From contig CAYTFU010000001.1 in assembly GCA_964437185.1 (NCBI GenBank), positions 101,022 to 165,021 of the forward strand: 64,000 nucleotides of DNA. The letters are read 5' to 3'. Position 1 is the first letter of the stretch; every line of letters begins with the position of its first letter. The notes below the pieces were generated by a model. It had not been told where the DNA came from and ran no database searches. It saw nothing but the letters and a program-made list of their open reading frames with translations. This document shows, in pieces, positions 35,440 to 44,645 of this stretch. Both the position numbers and the translations under genes were made by a program. Source of the DNA: an uncultured Candidatus Saccharibacteria bacterium. Its GTDB lineage: Bacteria > Patescibacteriota > Minisyncoccia > Phycocordibacterales > UBA2100.

Positions 35440-36447
35440 TTAGATCGTCTCCTTACTGTCTGAGAAAAATACTTTGCTTTTTGCAATTCCAAACGATTTG
35501 AGTCGCTTGAGGACAAAGGCTTGCATCGCTTTTTCGCCCGAGAATGCTACGACCGTATCGTGATCAATCACCGCCCATGCGCCTACGGCACGCAATACAT
35601 CCGTCTTGCTGAATACTATGTGCGTGACGCCGTTCATGCGGACGGCGCGCTCAAGCGTCTGCATGTTCATCCAGTTAGTTTGCCGGCGGCGGCCCGTCGT
35701 CGCGCCAAATTCCTCACCCACGTCACCAATCGTATTAAACACATCACCATCCGGCTGAAATTTCTTGCTCCCGACGTACGTCTCGTAAATTTTTGCAACT
35801 CCCCACACGTCTTTTACTGATTTTGAGGGGAGGCCGTTGAGCAAAGCTCCTGCGGTCGTGCAGTGGCTGGAGGTGACAAACGGGTAGTCGCCCCAATCAA
35901 TGTCGAGCCCGAAGCCTTGCGCCCCTTCGGCGAGAATGTACGGATCTTTCTTTGCATCAAACCATTCGTGGTAGAGATCAATTAAGTACGGCTGCAGCCT
36001 CGGCACGTCGGCTGCGCGGAGTCCCGTGCGACCGTACTTGTCGCGATATGCGGGGCCGTTGCCGCGGCCCGTCGTCCCGATCTTCGCCCCCACCTGCTTA
36101 TCTTCGTTCTTGTGATTGTCGGTAATGACGTGCGTGTTGGTGGCCACAAAGATCTTGCCCTTGGTTTTTACGCCCCCTTCTTCGAGCATCGCGATCTCGC
36201 TGAAGAATTGTTCCGGGTCGAGTACGCATCCCGAACCGATTATGGACTTCACGCCAAAAAAAACGCCCGCCGGAATGTGGTGGGTTACAAATTTCTTTCC
36301 CTTATGAAAAATCGTGTGGCCCGCATTGCATCCGCCATTGTAGCGAAGCACGTGCGTGTAGGGGTTTTTATGGCTCAAATAGTGGGCAACTTTGCCTTTC
36401 CCGCAATCTCCATATTGGAGATCGACTATGACATCCATTTTCAACAC
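35440..36447 (-). CDS. purA: adenylosuccinate synthetase (short form)
   Basis: QYGDCGKGK P-loop. RYNGGCNAGHT. GTTGRGNGPAY. GAQGFGLDIDWGDYPFVTSS. Confidence 0.85.
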   Translation of the reverse strand: MLKMDVIVDLQYGDCGKGKVAHYLSHKNPYTHVLRYNGGCNAGHTIFHKGKKFVTHHIPAGVFFGVKSIIGSGCVLDPEQFFSEIAMLEEGGVKTKGKIFVATNTHVITDNHKNEDKQVGAKIGTTGRGNGPAYRDKYGRTGLRAADVPRLQPYLIDLYHEWFDAKKDPYILAEGAQGFGLDIDWGDYPFVTSSHCTTAGALLNGLPSKSVKDVWGVAKIYETYVGSKKFQPDGDVFNTIGDVGEEFGATTGRRRQTNWMNMQTLERAVRMNGVTHIVFSKTDVLRAVGAWAVIDHDTVVAFSGEKAMQAFVLKRLKSFGIAKSKVFFSDSKETI

Positions 36448-36572
36448 AACTGACCTAATCTACCATTTCTGAGACGGAGTACAAGCGCTCTGCGACGCTG
36501 AGCAATCGACGCACTATCGAAACGCGCGGAAGAGGAGTGCGAGGTGTTGGATGAGATCGCTCATGGTGCTCC

Positions 36573-37583
36573 TTAGAACGGATTGCGGATGCCGTTGCGA
36601 ATTTCGAAGTGCACGTGGGGGCCCGTCGACTTGCCCGTCGTTCCTACCGTACCAATCACCTGTCCGCGCGCCACCTGCTGGCCGACTGAGACCGAGACAG
36701 ACGCTGCGTGTGAGTAAAGCGTCTGACTACCATTTGAATGCTGAATCACGATATAGTCGCCGTACCCACCGTTCCATCCTGTGTGCTTTGCGATGATGAC
36801 CTCGCCATCCGCCGAAGCGAGGATTGGCGTACCCATAGGGGCCGCGAGATCTACTCCGTTGTACCCGTGAACTCCCTGTGTCCTCGTGTAGCGGGCGAGC
36901 GGTGAGGCATAGTATCCAATCTGTGCTGCTGTCCCGCCCCTTACCGCGATCCCGCCCGACTTTTTGGGCTTTGGAGCTGGGGCCGCGCGGATCTCGCCGT
37001 CCGGAATAATGATCTCCGATCCAACAGACAATTTTCCATCCTCTATTCCGTTGTAGCTCGCGATCTCCACCGCATCAGCAGAAAACTGCTTGGCTACAGA
37101 CGCCAACGTATCCCCTTTCTTGACCGCGTACTTAACGCCGGGAACGGGAAGGATGGTGAGCACCTGGCCAGCACGAAGCTTCGACGCGCTTGAGAGATCG
37201 TTTGCCCAAAGAATGGTGTTGGGGGTTACGTCAAACAATTTCGCGATCCCCGAGAGAGTATCCCCGGGCCGTACGGTATAGGTGCTAATGACATCCTTGG
37301 GCTTTTCGATATCGGCGATAGTTCCCGATGGCCCCTCCTCAGGCATGAGCGCGGTGTCATCGACAATCTTGATGTCACCCCCGCCCCTCCCGGCCATAGG
37401 GTCGGCGTTCATCGCCGGCTTTGGCAGCGGCATCGTTTGCACGCTGCTACCGGTAGATTCGAGCGGTATATCTTTTTCGGATGAACCCATGACCGATGCG
37501 ACGATGTCTCCAATGATGCTCGCACGGGACTCGACAGGTAGGAGGACCCCCACCACGAGCAAGAGTGATATGAGCGTCGCCAC
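36573..37583 (-). CDS. LysM-domain M23-family peptidoglycan endopeptidase
   Basis: Two LysM repeats (YTVRPGDTLSGIAKLF; YAVKKGDTLASVAKQF). M23 motifs HGYNGVDLAAPMGTPI and YSHAASVSVSVGQQV...HVHFEI. Confidence 0.85.
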   Translation of the reverse strand: MATLISLLLVVGVLLPVESRASIIGDIVASVMGSSEKDIPLESTGSSVQTMPLPKPAMNADPMAGRGGGDIKIVDDTALMPEEGPSGTIADIEKPKDVISTYTVRPGDTLSGIAKLFDVTPNTILWANDLSSASKLRAGQVLTILPVPGVKYAVKKGDTLASVAKQFSADAVEIASYNGIEDGKLSVGSEIIIPDGEIRAAPAPKPKKSGGIAVRGGTAAQIGYYASPLARYTRTQGVHGYNGVDLAAPMGTPILASADGEVIIAKHTGWNGGYGDYIVIQHSNGSQTLYSHAASVSVSVGQQVARGQVIGTVGTTGKSTGPHVHFEIRNGIRNPF

Positions 37584-37929
37584 CCGTTTCGAGGTGACTT
37601 TTTTATACTTTGGCTCATGCCGGCTCCTAAAAGCCGGCTGAGAATAGGGTTTTTTTATTTCTATAAGCCTTTTGGAGGCGTTCGCGTCCGCTCAATTAAT
37701 GGTACAGAGATATTGCACAATCTCTTGTATGCCAGCATCAAGCGAACAAAGAGGCCTCGTAATAACGGCAGCACACGGGAATCTCAGATATTTGGCTTTA
37801 AATCTCGATATTATCGGGATCAGCCTGCGGTACGGGCAGCCATGCTTCCGTCCTCTTCACTGTACTTACACACACTTTGGCGTCAACCACCCGCGTATTG
37901 CATAAGGGGATAGTGGATGTGTCAAATAT

Positions 37930-39870
37930 TTGAAACGTGCGTGGTATAGTGCGCACGTGGAATACTTACAGGGTCTAAATGAGGCTCAAAAGCAGGCTGT
38001 TTTGCATACCGAGGGGCCGCTCCTCATCGTCGCGGGGGCGGGAGCGGGGAAAACCAAAACCATCACGCACCGCATCGCCCACCTAGTGGAGAACGGTATA
38101 GCGCCTTCGTCAATACTTGCGGTCACCTTTACCAACAAGGCCGCGGGGGAGATGCGTGATCGAGTGCACAAGCTTCTCAAAGGGAAGCGCGCGGGGCAAC
38201 CTTTTGTTTCCACCTTCCATTCGCTCGGCGTGAGACTCCTGCGAGAGTTTCACGAAATCGCCGGCCTCGCCCGTGGATTCAGCATTTGGGATCGCGATGA
38301 CAGTCTCCGCACCGTAAAGGCCGAGCTCAAGCGCCTCGATACCGAAGAGTGGACTCCCCGCCAGATCCTCTCCGCCATCTCACGCGAGAAGGGGGGAGGA
38401 AAAACCCTGGCTGAGTACCGCGAGCACGCCTCGACGCGGCGGGAGCAGGTCACCGCATTGGTGTGGGAGCGCTACGAGCAGGCGCTTCGCGAAGAAGACA
38501 GTCTCGATTTCGATGATCTTCTTGTGAGAACACTAAGGCTCTTGCAGGAGTCTCCCGAAACCCTTGCGCTCCTCCAGAACCGCTGGCAGTACCTCATCGT
38601 CGACGAGTACCAGGATACGAGTAACGTGCAGTACGAACTCATGCGCCTCCTCAGCGGCAATCGACACAATATATGTGTAGTGGGCGACTTGGACCAATGC
38701 ATTTACACATGGAGACAAGCGGAAATTGAAAATCTCCTCTCGTTCGAGCGGCTCTTTCCCAACGTCACGACCGTGCGCCTTGAGCAAAACTACCGATCAA
38801 CACGCACGATCATTTCCGCCGCAAATGCGATCATTGAGAAAAACGTCAATCGTGTACCAAAAACTCTCTTCAGCGAAAACGAAACGGGCGATCCTATTGT
38901 GCTTTATGCCGCGCTCGACGAGCGGTACGAAGCATGGTTTGTGGCAGAACAAGCCGCCGCTCTCATCGGGCGCGAGGTACCCGCGCATCAAATCGCCATC
39001 CTCTATCGGGAAAATGCGCAATCGCGAGTACTTGAAGAAGCGCTTCTGCATGCAGGGTTGCCCTACCGAGTACTCGGCACGCGCTTTTTCGAACGCAAAG
39101 AAGTAAAAGACGTCCTTTCATACTTACGCGCCTCACTTAACCCAAAGAGCAAAGGCGATATCGCGCGCGTTGTGAGCGTCCCTCCGCGGGGGATCGGAAA
39201 AGTGACGCTTGAAAAAATGTTTTCGGGTCAGCCTCTCGGCGCGGCGGCGGCAAAAGTACTCGCGTTTCAAGATACGATCAAAAAGATTCGCCATGCGGTG
39301 CAGACACTTCCCACATCGGAGGCGGTGCGTTTTTGCATTGAAGAGAGTGGGATACAAAAGATGTACGAAGGTAAGACTGAAGAAGATGCGGAGCGCCTCG
39401 GCAACGTGCGTGAGCTTGCGAACCTCGCAGTAAAATACGAAAACGACGAACCGCCGATGGGAATCGAACGATTGCTTGAAGAAGCAGCGCTGCAGAGTGA
39501 ACAAGATCAGCTTGATATAGACAAAGACAAGGGGGGAATTTCGCTCATGACCGTGCATGCCGCGAAGGGACTCGAATTTGATGCGGTGTTTGTGGTCGGA
39601 CTCGAACAGGGACTTTTCCCTTCAATTCGGAGCGATGACTCTTCGGGAGGACGCGACCCTGAAGAGGAGCGTCGCCTTTTTTACGTCGCGCTCACCCGCG
39701 CACGCAAAAACCTTTTCCTTAGCTACGCGCACGAGCGCACGAAGTACGGCACGCGCGAGCACGCACTCCCTTCCGAATTCCTCTCTGATATAGATGAGCG
39801 TCTCTATGCAGACCCTTCAATGCCCGCATTCAAAAAGCGCGGGCTCCTTGATGATTATGAAATCCGTTAA
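37930..39870 (+). CDS. pcrA: ATP-dependent DNA helicase PcrA/UvrD family
   Basis: LNEAQKQAV...LLIVAGAGAGKT. DEYQDT. Helicase motifs IV-VI (VHAAKGLEFD, LFYVALTRAR). The TTG at 37930 may be too far upstream. An extended -10-like TGGTATAGT sits at 37940-37952 and a GTG at 37960 is an alternative start. Confidence 0.9.
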   Translation: MKRAWYSAHVEYLQGLNEAQKQAVLHTEGPLLIVAGAGAGKTKTITHRIAHLVENGIAPSSILAVTFTNKAAGEMRDRVHKLLKGKRAGQPFVSTFHSLGVRLLREFHEIAGLARGFSIWDRDDSLRTVKAELKRLDTEEWTPRQILSAISREKGGGKTLAEYREHASTRREQVTALVWERYEQALREEDSLDFDDLLVRTLRLLQESPETLALLQNRWQYLIVDEYQDTSNVQYELMRLLSGNRHNICVVGDLDQCIYTWRQAEIENLLSFERLFPNVTTVRLEQNYRSTRTIISAANAIIEKNVNRVPKTLFSENETGDPIVLYAALDERYEAWFVAEQAAALIGREVPAHQIAILYRENAQSRVLEEALLHAGLPYRVLGTRFFERKEVKDVLSYLRASLNPKSKGDIARVVSVPPRGIGKVTLEKMFSGQPLGAAAAKVLAFQDTIKKIRHAVQTLPTSEAVRFCIEESGIQKMYEGKTEEDAERLGNVRELANLAVKYENDEPPMGIERLLEEAALQSEQDQLDIDKDKGGISLMTVHAAKGLEFDAVFVVGLEQGLFPSIRSDDSSGGRDPEEERRLFYVALTRARKNLFLSYAHERTKYGTREHALPSEFLSDIDERLYADPSMPAFKKRGLLDDYEIR

Positions 39871-40663
39871 GAAAAAACGCGGTGCGCGGCTCGGACAACA
39901 CTTTCTCACGGGCGAGTGGGCAGCGCGCGCCCTTGCCGAGGCCGTGCAGATCAGGGCCGGAGAGACCGTGCTCGAAATCGGCCCCGGCAAGGGCGCGCTC
40001 ACCAAGCATCTTCTCGAAACGGGCGGCAACGTAATTGCGATTGAAAAAGATGAAAAACTCGCAAAAGATCTTGAGGTAATTTTTCCGCACGAGATAGCCT
40101 CGGGCCGCCTCATCGTTCTTGCCGATGACGTGCGCAACTTCGACGCCCAAAGACTAAACCTCGGGGCAGGGAAGTATGTGCTCGCCGCGAATATTCCGTA
40201 CTACATTACAGGCGAAATCATCCGGCAGTTTCTTTCGATCGCCGCTCAGCCGCGCGCGATGGCGCTCCTCATCCAAAAGGAAGTCGCGGATCGCATTATC
40301 GCGCGCAACCACAAAGAAAGCATTCTTTCACTTTCAGTAAAAATATTCGGTACACCGCGAATCATCGCCAAAGTCTCAAAGGGAAATTTCTCACCACCTC
40401 CATCGGTCGACTCTGCGATCCTGTTGGTGAATGATATTTCCAAAAGCGCATTCGCCGATGTGAGCGAGCGCGACTTTTTCAGAGTCGTGAAAGCTGGATT
40501 TTCATCCAAAAGAAAATTCCTTGCAAATAATCTCGCCAACGAATTTTCAAAAGAAACAGTGGCACATGCCTTTGCGCAGTCCGAGTTGGCGCTCAACATC
40601 CGCGCTGAGGACGTTACCATTGCGCAGTGGCTTACGATCACCGAAAGACTTTCATCAACGTGA
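39851..40663 (+). CDS. rsmA: 16S rRNA (adenine1518/1519-N6)-dimethyltransferase
   Basis: LGQHFL...VLEIGPGKGALT...NIPYYIT. The ATG at 39851 overlaps pcrA by 20 nt. Confidence 0.9.
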   Translation: MIMKSVKKKRGARLGQHFLTGEWAARALAEAVQIRAGETVLEIGPGKGALTKHLLETGGNVIAIEKDEKLAKDLEVIFPHEIASGRLIVLADDVRNFDAQRLNLGAGKYVLAANIPYYITGEIIRQFLSIAAQPRAMALLIQKEVADRIIARNHKESILSLSVKIFGTPRIIAKVSKGNFSPPPSVDSAILLVNDISKSAFADVSERDFFRVVKAGFSSKRKFLANNLANEFSKETVAHAFAQSELALNIRAEDVTIAQWLTITERLSST

Positions 40664-40975
40664 TGACCCCATCATCATGATGGATATTCCAGGTGCGACG
40701 AGGAGGGGGGCGACGGAGTACAAGCAATAGTAGGGGACGCCGGAGAGTCCAAGGAGCCATTGCCCCGAGTGCACCGGCGGGCCAAACTGGTAGGTCTTTG
40801 TAGCGAGCGTCCAGATGTAGGGGCCTCCGATTGGAGGGCCGAGCACCGCATATATCGCCTGGTTGAAGCAAAAGTGCACGAGGCTCGCCTGACCGCCAAA
40901 TGGAAATGCATGCGAAACTGATGGGGTGAGGAAAAGGAGGGCGACGAGTAGTGATGCGATCCGCGATCGGAACAT
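40655..40975 (-). CDS. possible small secreted two-helix protein (pilin-like); could be a spurious ORF
   Basis: Signal peptide MFRSRIASLLVALLFLTPSVSHA plus two hydrophobic segments. Three overlapping minus ORFs in a GC-rich gap. No RBS. Confidence 0.25.
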   Translation of the reverse strand: MFRSRIASLLVALLFLTPSVSHAFPFGGQASLVHFCFNQAIYAVLGPPIGGPYIWTLATKTYQFGPPVHSGQWLLGLSGVPYYCLYSVAPLLVAPGISIMMMGSSR

Positions 40976-41044
40976 GCCGTAATCGTATCATGGAGAATCG
41001 CACTCAGTATCCTTGTTGCAGCGGCATCCATGCCTGATACTTAG

Positions 41045-42016
41045 ATGGTCATGCCGCACGACTTTCCGAATTTTAAAAACGAAGGCTTTGGGAATTTCAA
41101 ACCGCACCAGCCACCGCACGGCGTCGAATGGATGCGCGAACACCCCTACGCATTTCTGACATACGGTATCATCATTGCACTTCTCATCGGCGTCGTCTTT
41201 TTCATCCGACGCGACACCGCGCCACAGACGCACATCACCGCGTGGAGCGGCGTGCCGGCGACACCGGATGCGGGGGACTACAATCCGCCCGCGCCACCGC
41301 CGCCGCCACCCGCAACGACGACACCAACGATTCTTGAAGACCTCTCACGCAACGACAAACCATTCGATATTCCATACGCCGCGCCAGAAGCCCCGCTCGC
41401 CCCCTCAACAGGTTTCGATCTCAATGAATTCATACAGCGGCTGCGCCCGAATACAAGCAGCGCGGGGACGAGCACAGATTCCACGTCCGCAATCGACCTC
41501 ATAAAAGAAGCGTACTCATATATTCCGAGCGGCCTCATCAACACCGTATCGGCACCGACGATGACCACGCTACAGAAAGAGATTTTCAATTACGGCAACG
41601 AAATCGGCGCGCGCATTCTTTCGTTTGAAGATCGCTACCCCAATGCAATCGCGATCCTAAAAGATCAGGCGACGGACCGCGGCAACGCGCAAAAAGCAGC
41701 CGCCCTCACACTCTATGCAGAAGGTATGTCGGGCGTCGGCTATCAAATGCTCGCACTCAACGATGTGCCCAAAGAGGTAGCACCATCGAACCAGTCGCTC
41801 GCAAAGAGCTACATCAAAATCGGCGAAAACCTCGCGCTCGTCGCAAAGAGCATATCAGAAGCCGATTTTCTGCACGCAATCGAGGTGTACAACAAATCGG
41901 TTGAGGCACATACCAACGAGTTCGTGGCGATGGCGACGCTCTTTGGTGCTTACGACGTACATTTTGGCAACGCCGACAGCGGCCGCGTCTTCACCTTTAC
42001 GCAAGCAACTTTTTAG
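41045..42016 (+). CDS. membrane-anchored hypothetical protein with Pro-rich linker
   Basis: TM helix AFLTYGIIIALLIGVVFFI. PPAPPPPPPATT linker. Helical C-domain. Confidence 0.5.
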   Translation: MVMPHDFPNFKNEGFGNFKPHQPPHGVEWMREHPYAFLTYGIIIALLIGVVFFIRRDTAPQTHITAWSGVPATPDAGDYNPPAPPPPPPATTTPTILEDLSRNDKPFDIPYAAPEAPLAPSTGFDLNEFIQRLRPNTSSAGTSTDSTSAIDLIKEAYSYIPSGLINTVSAPTMTTLQKEIFNYGNEIGARILSFEDRYPNAIAILKDQATDRGNAQKAAALTLYAEGMSGVGYQMLALNDVPKEVAPSNQSLAKSYIKIGENLALVAKSISEADFLHAIEVYNKSVEAHTNEFVAMATLFGAYDVHFGNADSGRVFTFTQATF

Positions 42017-42125
42017 GGGCCGCTCACTAATGTCGTGACTATTATTAGTGTTACGGCCCCTTAGTCATCGTCCGACGGTAGCAACTTATTAATGGACGAG
42101 GATTTAATGCGCAGATTTCCCCTAA

Positions 42126-42953
42126 ATGCTCATTCTTAGAGCCTACTATCTGTCTGCGGGGGGTTATACTAACCACGTGGAAACGCGACGCTTACACACT
42201 AGCGGTTTTTCGGCTATTCGTGTCGCGGCGGTACTCTCAGTTGTGGTTCTCATGGGAGCGGTGGGGTGGCGAGGGTATGAATACTTGGGAGGCGCAACAC
42301 TTTCTGCGACGAACACAGGGGTCGCCACAAGTACGAGTAGCGCGACAGATAATCAAATCCCGATCACACAAACAGTCGGAAGCACGGCGATCGGAGCCGC
42401 AGTACTCGATGACTTGGTGTCGCGATACAACTCGCTGCAGGAGCGGGGGATATATACGCCCGAAATCGGACAAAAAGTCGCCGAAGAAATGGCAAGCACT
42501 CTCATACCTGAAGTGCCTTTTACTCGTCATACCGCAGCAGAGGTGGTTACCGACCCGACCATGTCTTCCGACCGCGCGCTTACGTATCGTCGTGATTTGC
42601 AAGAATCACTGAAGCCTTTGCTCGAAAATAAACAGGCGGGATTTGAAATTTTCGCCCTCTATACTGACACGCGCGATCCCAAATATTTGACGGAGCTACG
42701 GCAAGCTGCCGAAAATTACCGAAAGGCCGTTCACGCAAGCATGCAAGTGATCGTGCCGAAAGATGCCGTCGATGAGCACGTGGCGATTCTCAATGCGCTC
42801 GAACAGTTTGCGGCAACGCTCGACGCGCAGGCGATGAATGCGAATGACCCGCTCGCCTCCGTCGCGCTTCTGCGCACATACAATGAATCAGAGGCCGGCG
42901 TGCTCTCATCCTTCAACGCGCTCGCCACGTACTTCCGGGAAAAAACATCATGA
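42126..42953 (+). CDS. membrane-anchored hypothetical protein with architecture similar to the upstream gene
   Basis: TM helix AAVLSVVVLMGAVGW. Helical C-domain. Confidence 0.5.
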   Translation: MLILRAYYLSAGGYTNHVETRRLHTSGFSAIRVAAVLSVVVLMGAVGWRGYEYLGGATLSATNTGVATSTSSATDNQIPITQTVGSTAIGAAVLDDLVSRYNSLQERGIYTPEIGQKVAEEMASTLIPEVPFTRHTAAEVVTDPTMSSDRALTYRRDLQESLKPLLENKQAGFEIFALYTDTRDPKYLTELRQAAENYRKAVHASMQVIVPKDAVDEHVAILNALEQFAATLDAQAMNANDPLASVALLRTYNESEAGVLSSFNALATYFREKTS

Positions 42954-44644
42954 ACATTCGCACTTTCGTTCTTATATCCTTCTCACTCACCGGACTTGCT
43001 CCATCCCTTGCATTTGCCCAACCAGTAACAATAACTACGTCTGGACCCCAAATCTGCGAGGTAGTGAACGGCCAGCAGGTGTGCGCCCCCGTTCCACAAA
43101 ATCCACCTCTCCCCACCGATCCTCCGAGGCCACCGTTAACAACTACGCAGGGAATTTTCGGATGCAATCGAAACGGCGCGTACGCGATGGACGTCGGCTC
43201 GCTCTCGGCGCAGGGGGGAGTGTATGTGCCCGTCTCGGATGCGGCAGTCACGCTCAACACCGGCATCATCGTCTACAAAGAGTGCGTGTTACGCAATCAG
43301 ATTGTCCGCATGCGCGAGGCCGCGTCGGTCGGTCTTGCAAAGACCGCGAGCCGAGCAATAGAGACAGGTCGCGGTGGAGAGGCGCAGTACATGCGAAGTC
43401 CGGAGGAGCTTGTTACGGAAGCAAGCGATCCGGCGTTTATCAATTTCATGCAAACGGTCCCGCAAAATGCAAATGCTGCATTCCGCGAAGAGATTACGCG
43501 CGCGCTCGCAGTGACGTACGATCGCGAGACGCGAGGCAAAGAAACTGCGCTCAATTGTCCTTACGAGGGCGACGTGAGGCAAGCCATTACCAACCCTTAC
43601 ACGAATTTTAGCTGGGAGGGGTTTGGTCAGCTTTCGGATCCCGCCTGCAGCCCACTGACCGCATACTACATTCTTGACGATATGGCCGATGCGGCAACAG
43701 CACGCTGCATGGAGTACATGCAAGAGCAGTTGAGCTACGGCCGCGGATACTATCCAATGTTTGATGATCCGAACAACCCGTGCAGCGGACAAATCGTTAC
43801 TCCGGCGGTAAACGTGCAAGAAAATTTCCAAGCAATCCTCAACAGCCCGATCCATCAGCTTGAGAGCGCCAACGACATCGGCCAGATGATCGGCGCGCTC
43901 TACTCAGGCATGTCGACACAGATGATTTCTGATAATCGCGGACTTGCAGGCATGACGCAGGGGATAGGGGGCCAGCCATCATTTATGGATCAGCTCGTCT
44001 CCGAATCCTCGGCGGGCGTGCGCAACTCCACACTCAACACAGCTCTCACCATCCTCAATTCCGCAAAACAGGTCGAGACTGCCTACCTCAGTGCCGTCAC
44101 ATCGATCCTCAGCGTGCTCACGCAGACCAGCACCGCACTCCGCAACGCGGAGAATCAATGCTGGAATCTCATCATTCCAAAAGTGTGCTCTACCACGCTC
44201 AATGCACAGAATGAATGCACCGACGGCAGCGGCATCACCTACAAAGTCGCGACGTCGACGGCCGGCTACGCGCAGGGCGTCATCACAGCACGCGTGACAC
44301 CGCTCGTCGGCCCCACGACACAGAAAGTCACCACCTCTCAAAACGCGCTCCGCGCTATCGACCAGCTCCTCATTGCGGTCTCGGGCACCGCTTCTCTCGC
44401 CGCGCAACGACTCGCCATTCAACAACTCGACACCCTCATCGCGCAAAAGGTGCTCCACATACCGCCCGATGTCGATGGCCCTACAGGAGTCGTAAAGCAA
44501 CTCTCGGATGTACGCTCGCTCACCAACACCCTCATTCAAGACACGGTGCGCGCGTGGGCCGACGACCCATCACCGACGGTCGGCTGGTGCAACGTCAACA
44601 ATCCCGCAGTAATCGACGCGTGGAAATCACGCTGGAGAAAATAG
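42950..44644 (+). CDS. secreted Cys-containing surface protein, first gene of the T4SS-like block
   Basis: Signal peptide MNIRTFVLISFSLTGLAPSLAFAQP. ATGA overlap with the upstream gene. 564 aa. Confidence 0.5.
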   Translation: MNIRTFVLISFSLTGLAPSLAFAQPVTITTSGPQICEVVNGQQVCAPVPQNPPLPTDPPRPPLTTTQGIFGCNRNGAYAMDVGSLSAQGGVYVPVSDAAVTLNTGIIVYKECVLRNQIVRMREAASVGLAKTASRAIETGRGGEAQYMRSPEELVTEASDPAFINFMQTVPQNANAAFREEITRALAVTYDRETRGKETALNCPYEGDVRQAITNPYTNFSWEGFGQLSDPACSPLTAYYILDDMADAATARCMEYMQEQLSYGRGYYPMFDDPNNPCSGQIVTPAVNVQENFQAILNSPIHQLESANDIGQMIGALYSGMSTQMISDNRGLAGMTQGIGGQPSFMDQLVSESSAGVRNSTLNTALTILNSAKQVETAYLSAVTSILSVLTQTSTALRNAENQCWNLIIPKVCSTTLNAQNECTDGSGITYKVATSTAGYAQGVITARVTPLVGPTTQKVTTSQNALRAIDQLLIAVSGTASLAAQRLAIQQLDTLIAQKVLHIPPDVDGPTGVVKQLSDVRSLTNTLIQDTVRAWADDPSPTVGWCNVNNPAVIDAWKSRWRK

Positions 44645-44645
44645 T

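Noticed and set aside
40638-41031. Two further overlapping minus ORFs (121 and 118 aa) in the rsmA-downstream gap
   Set aside because: Arg/Pro/Ser-rich, no signal or motif, mutually exclusive frames. Only the signal-peptide-bearing frame was kept, as a low-confidence feature.
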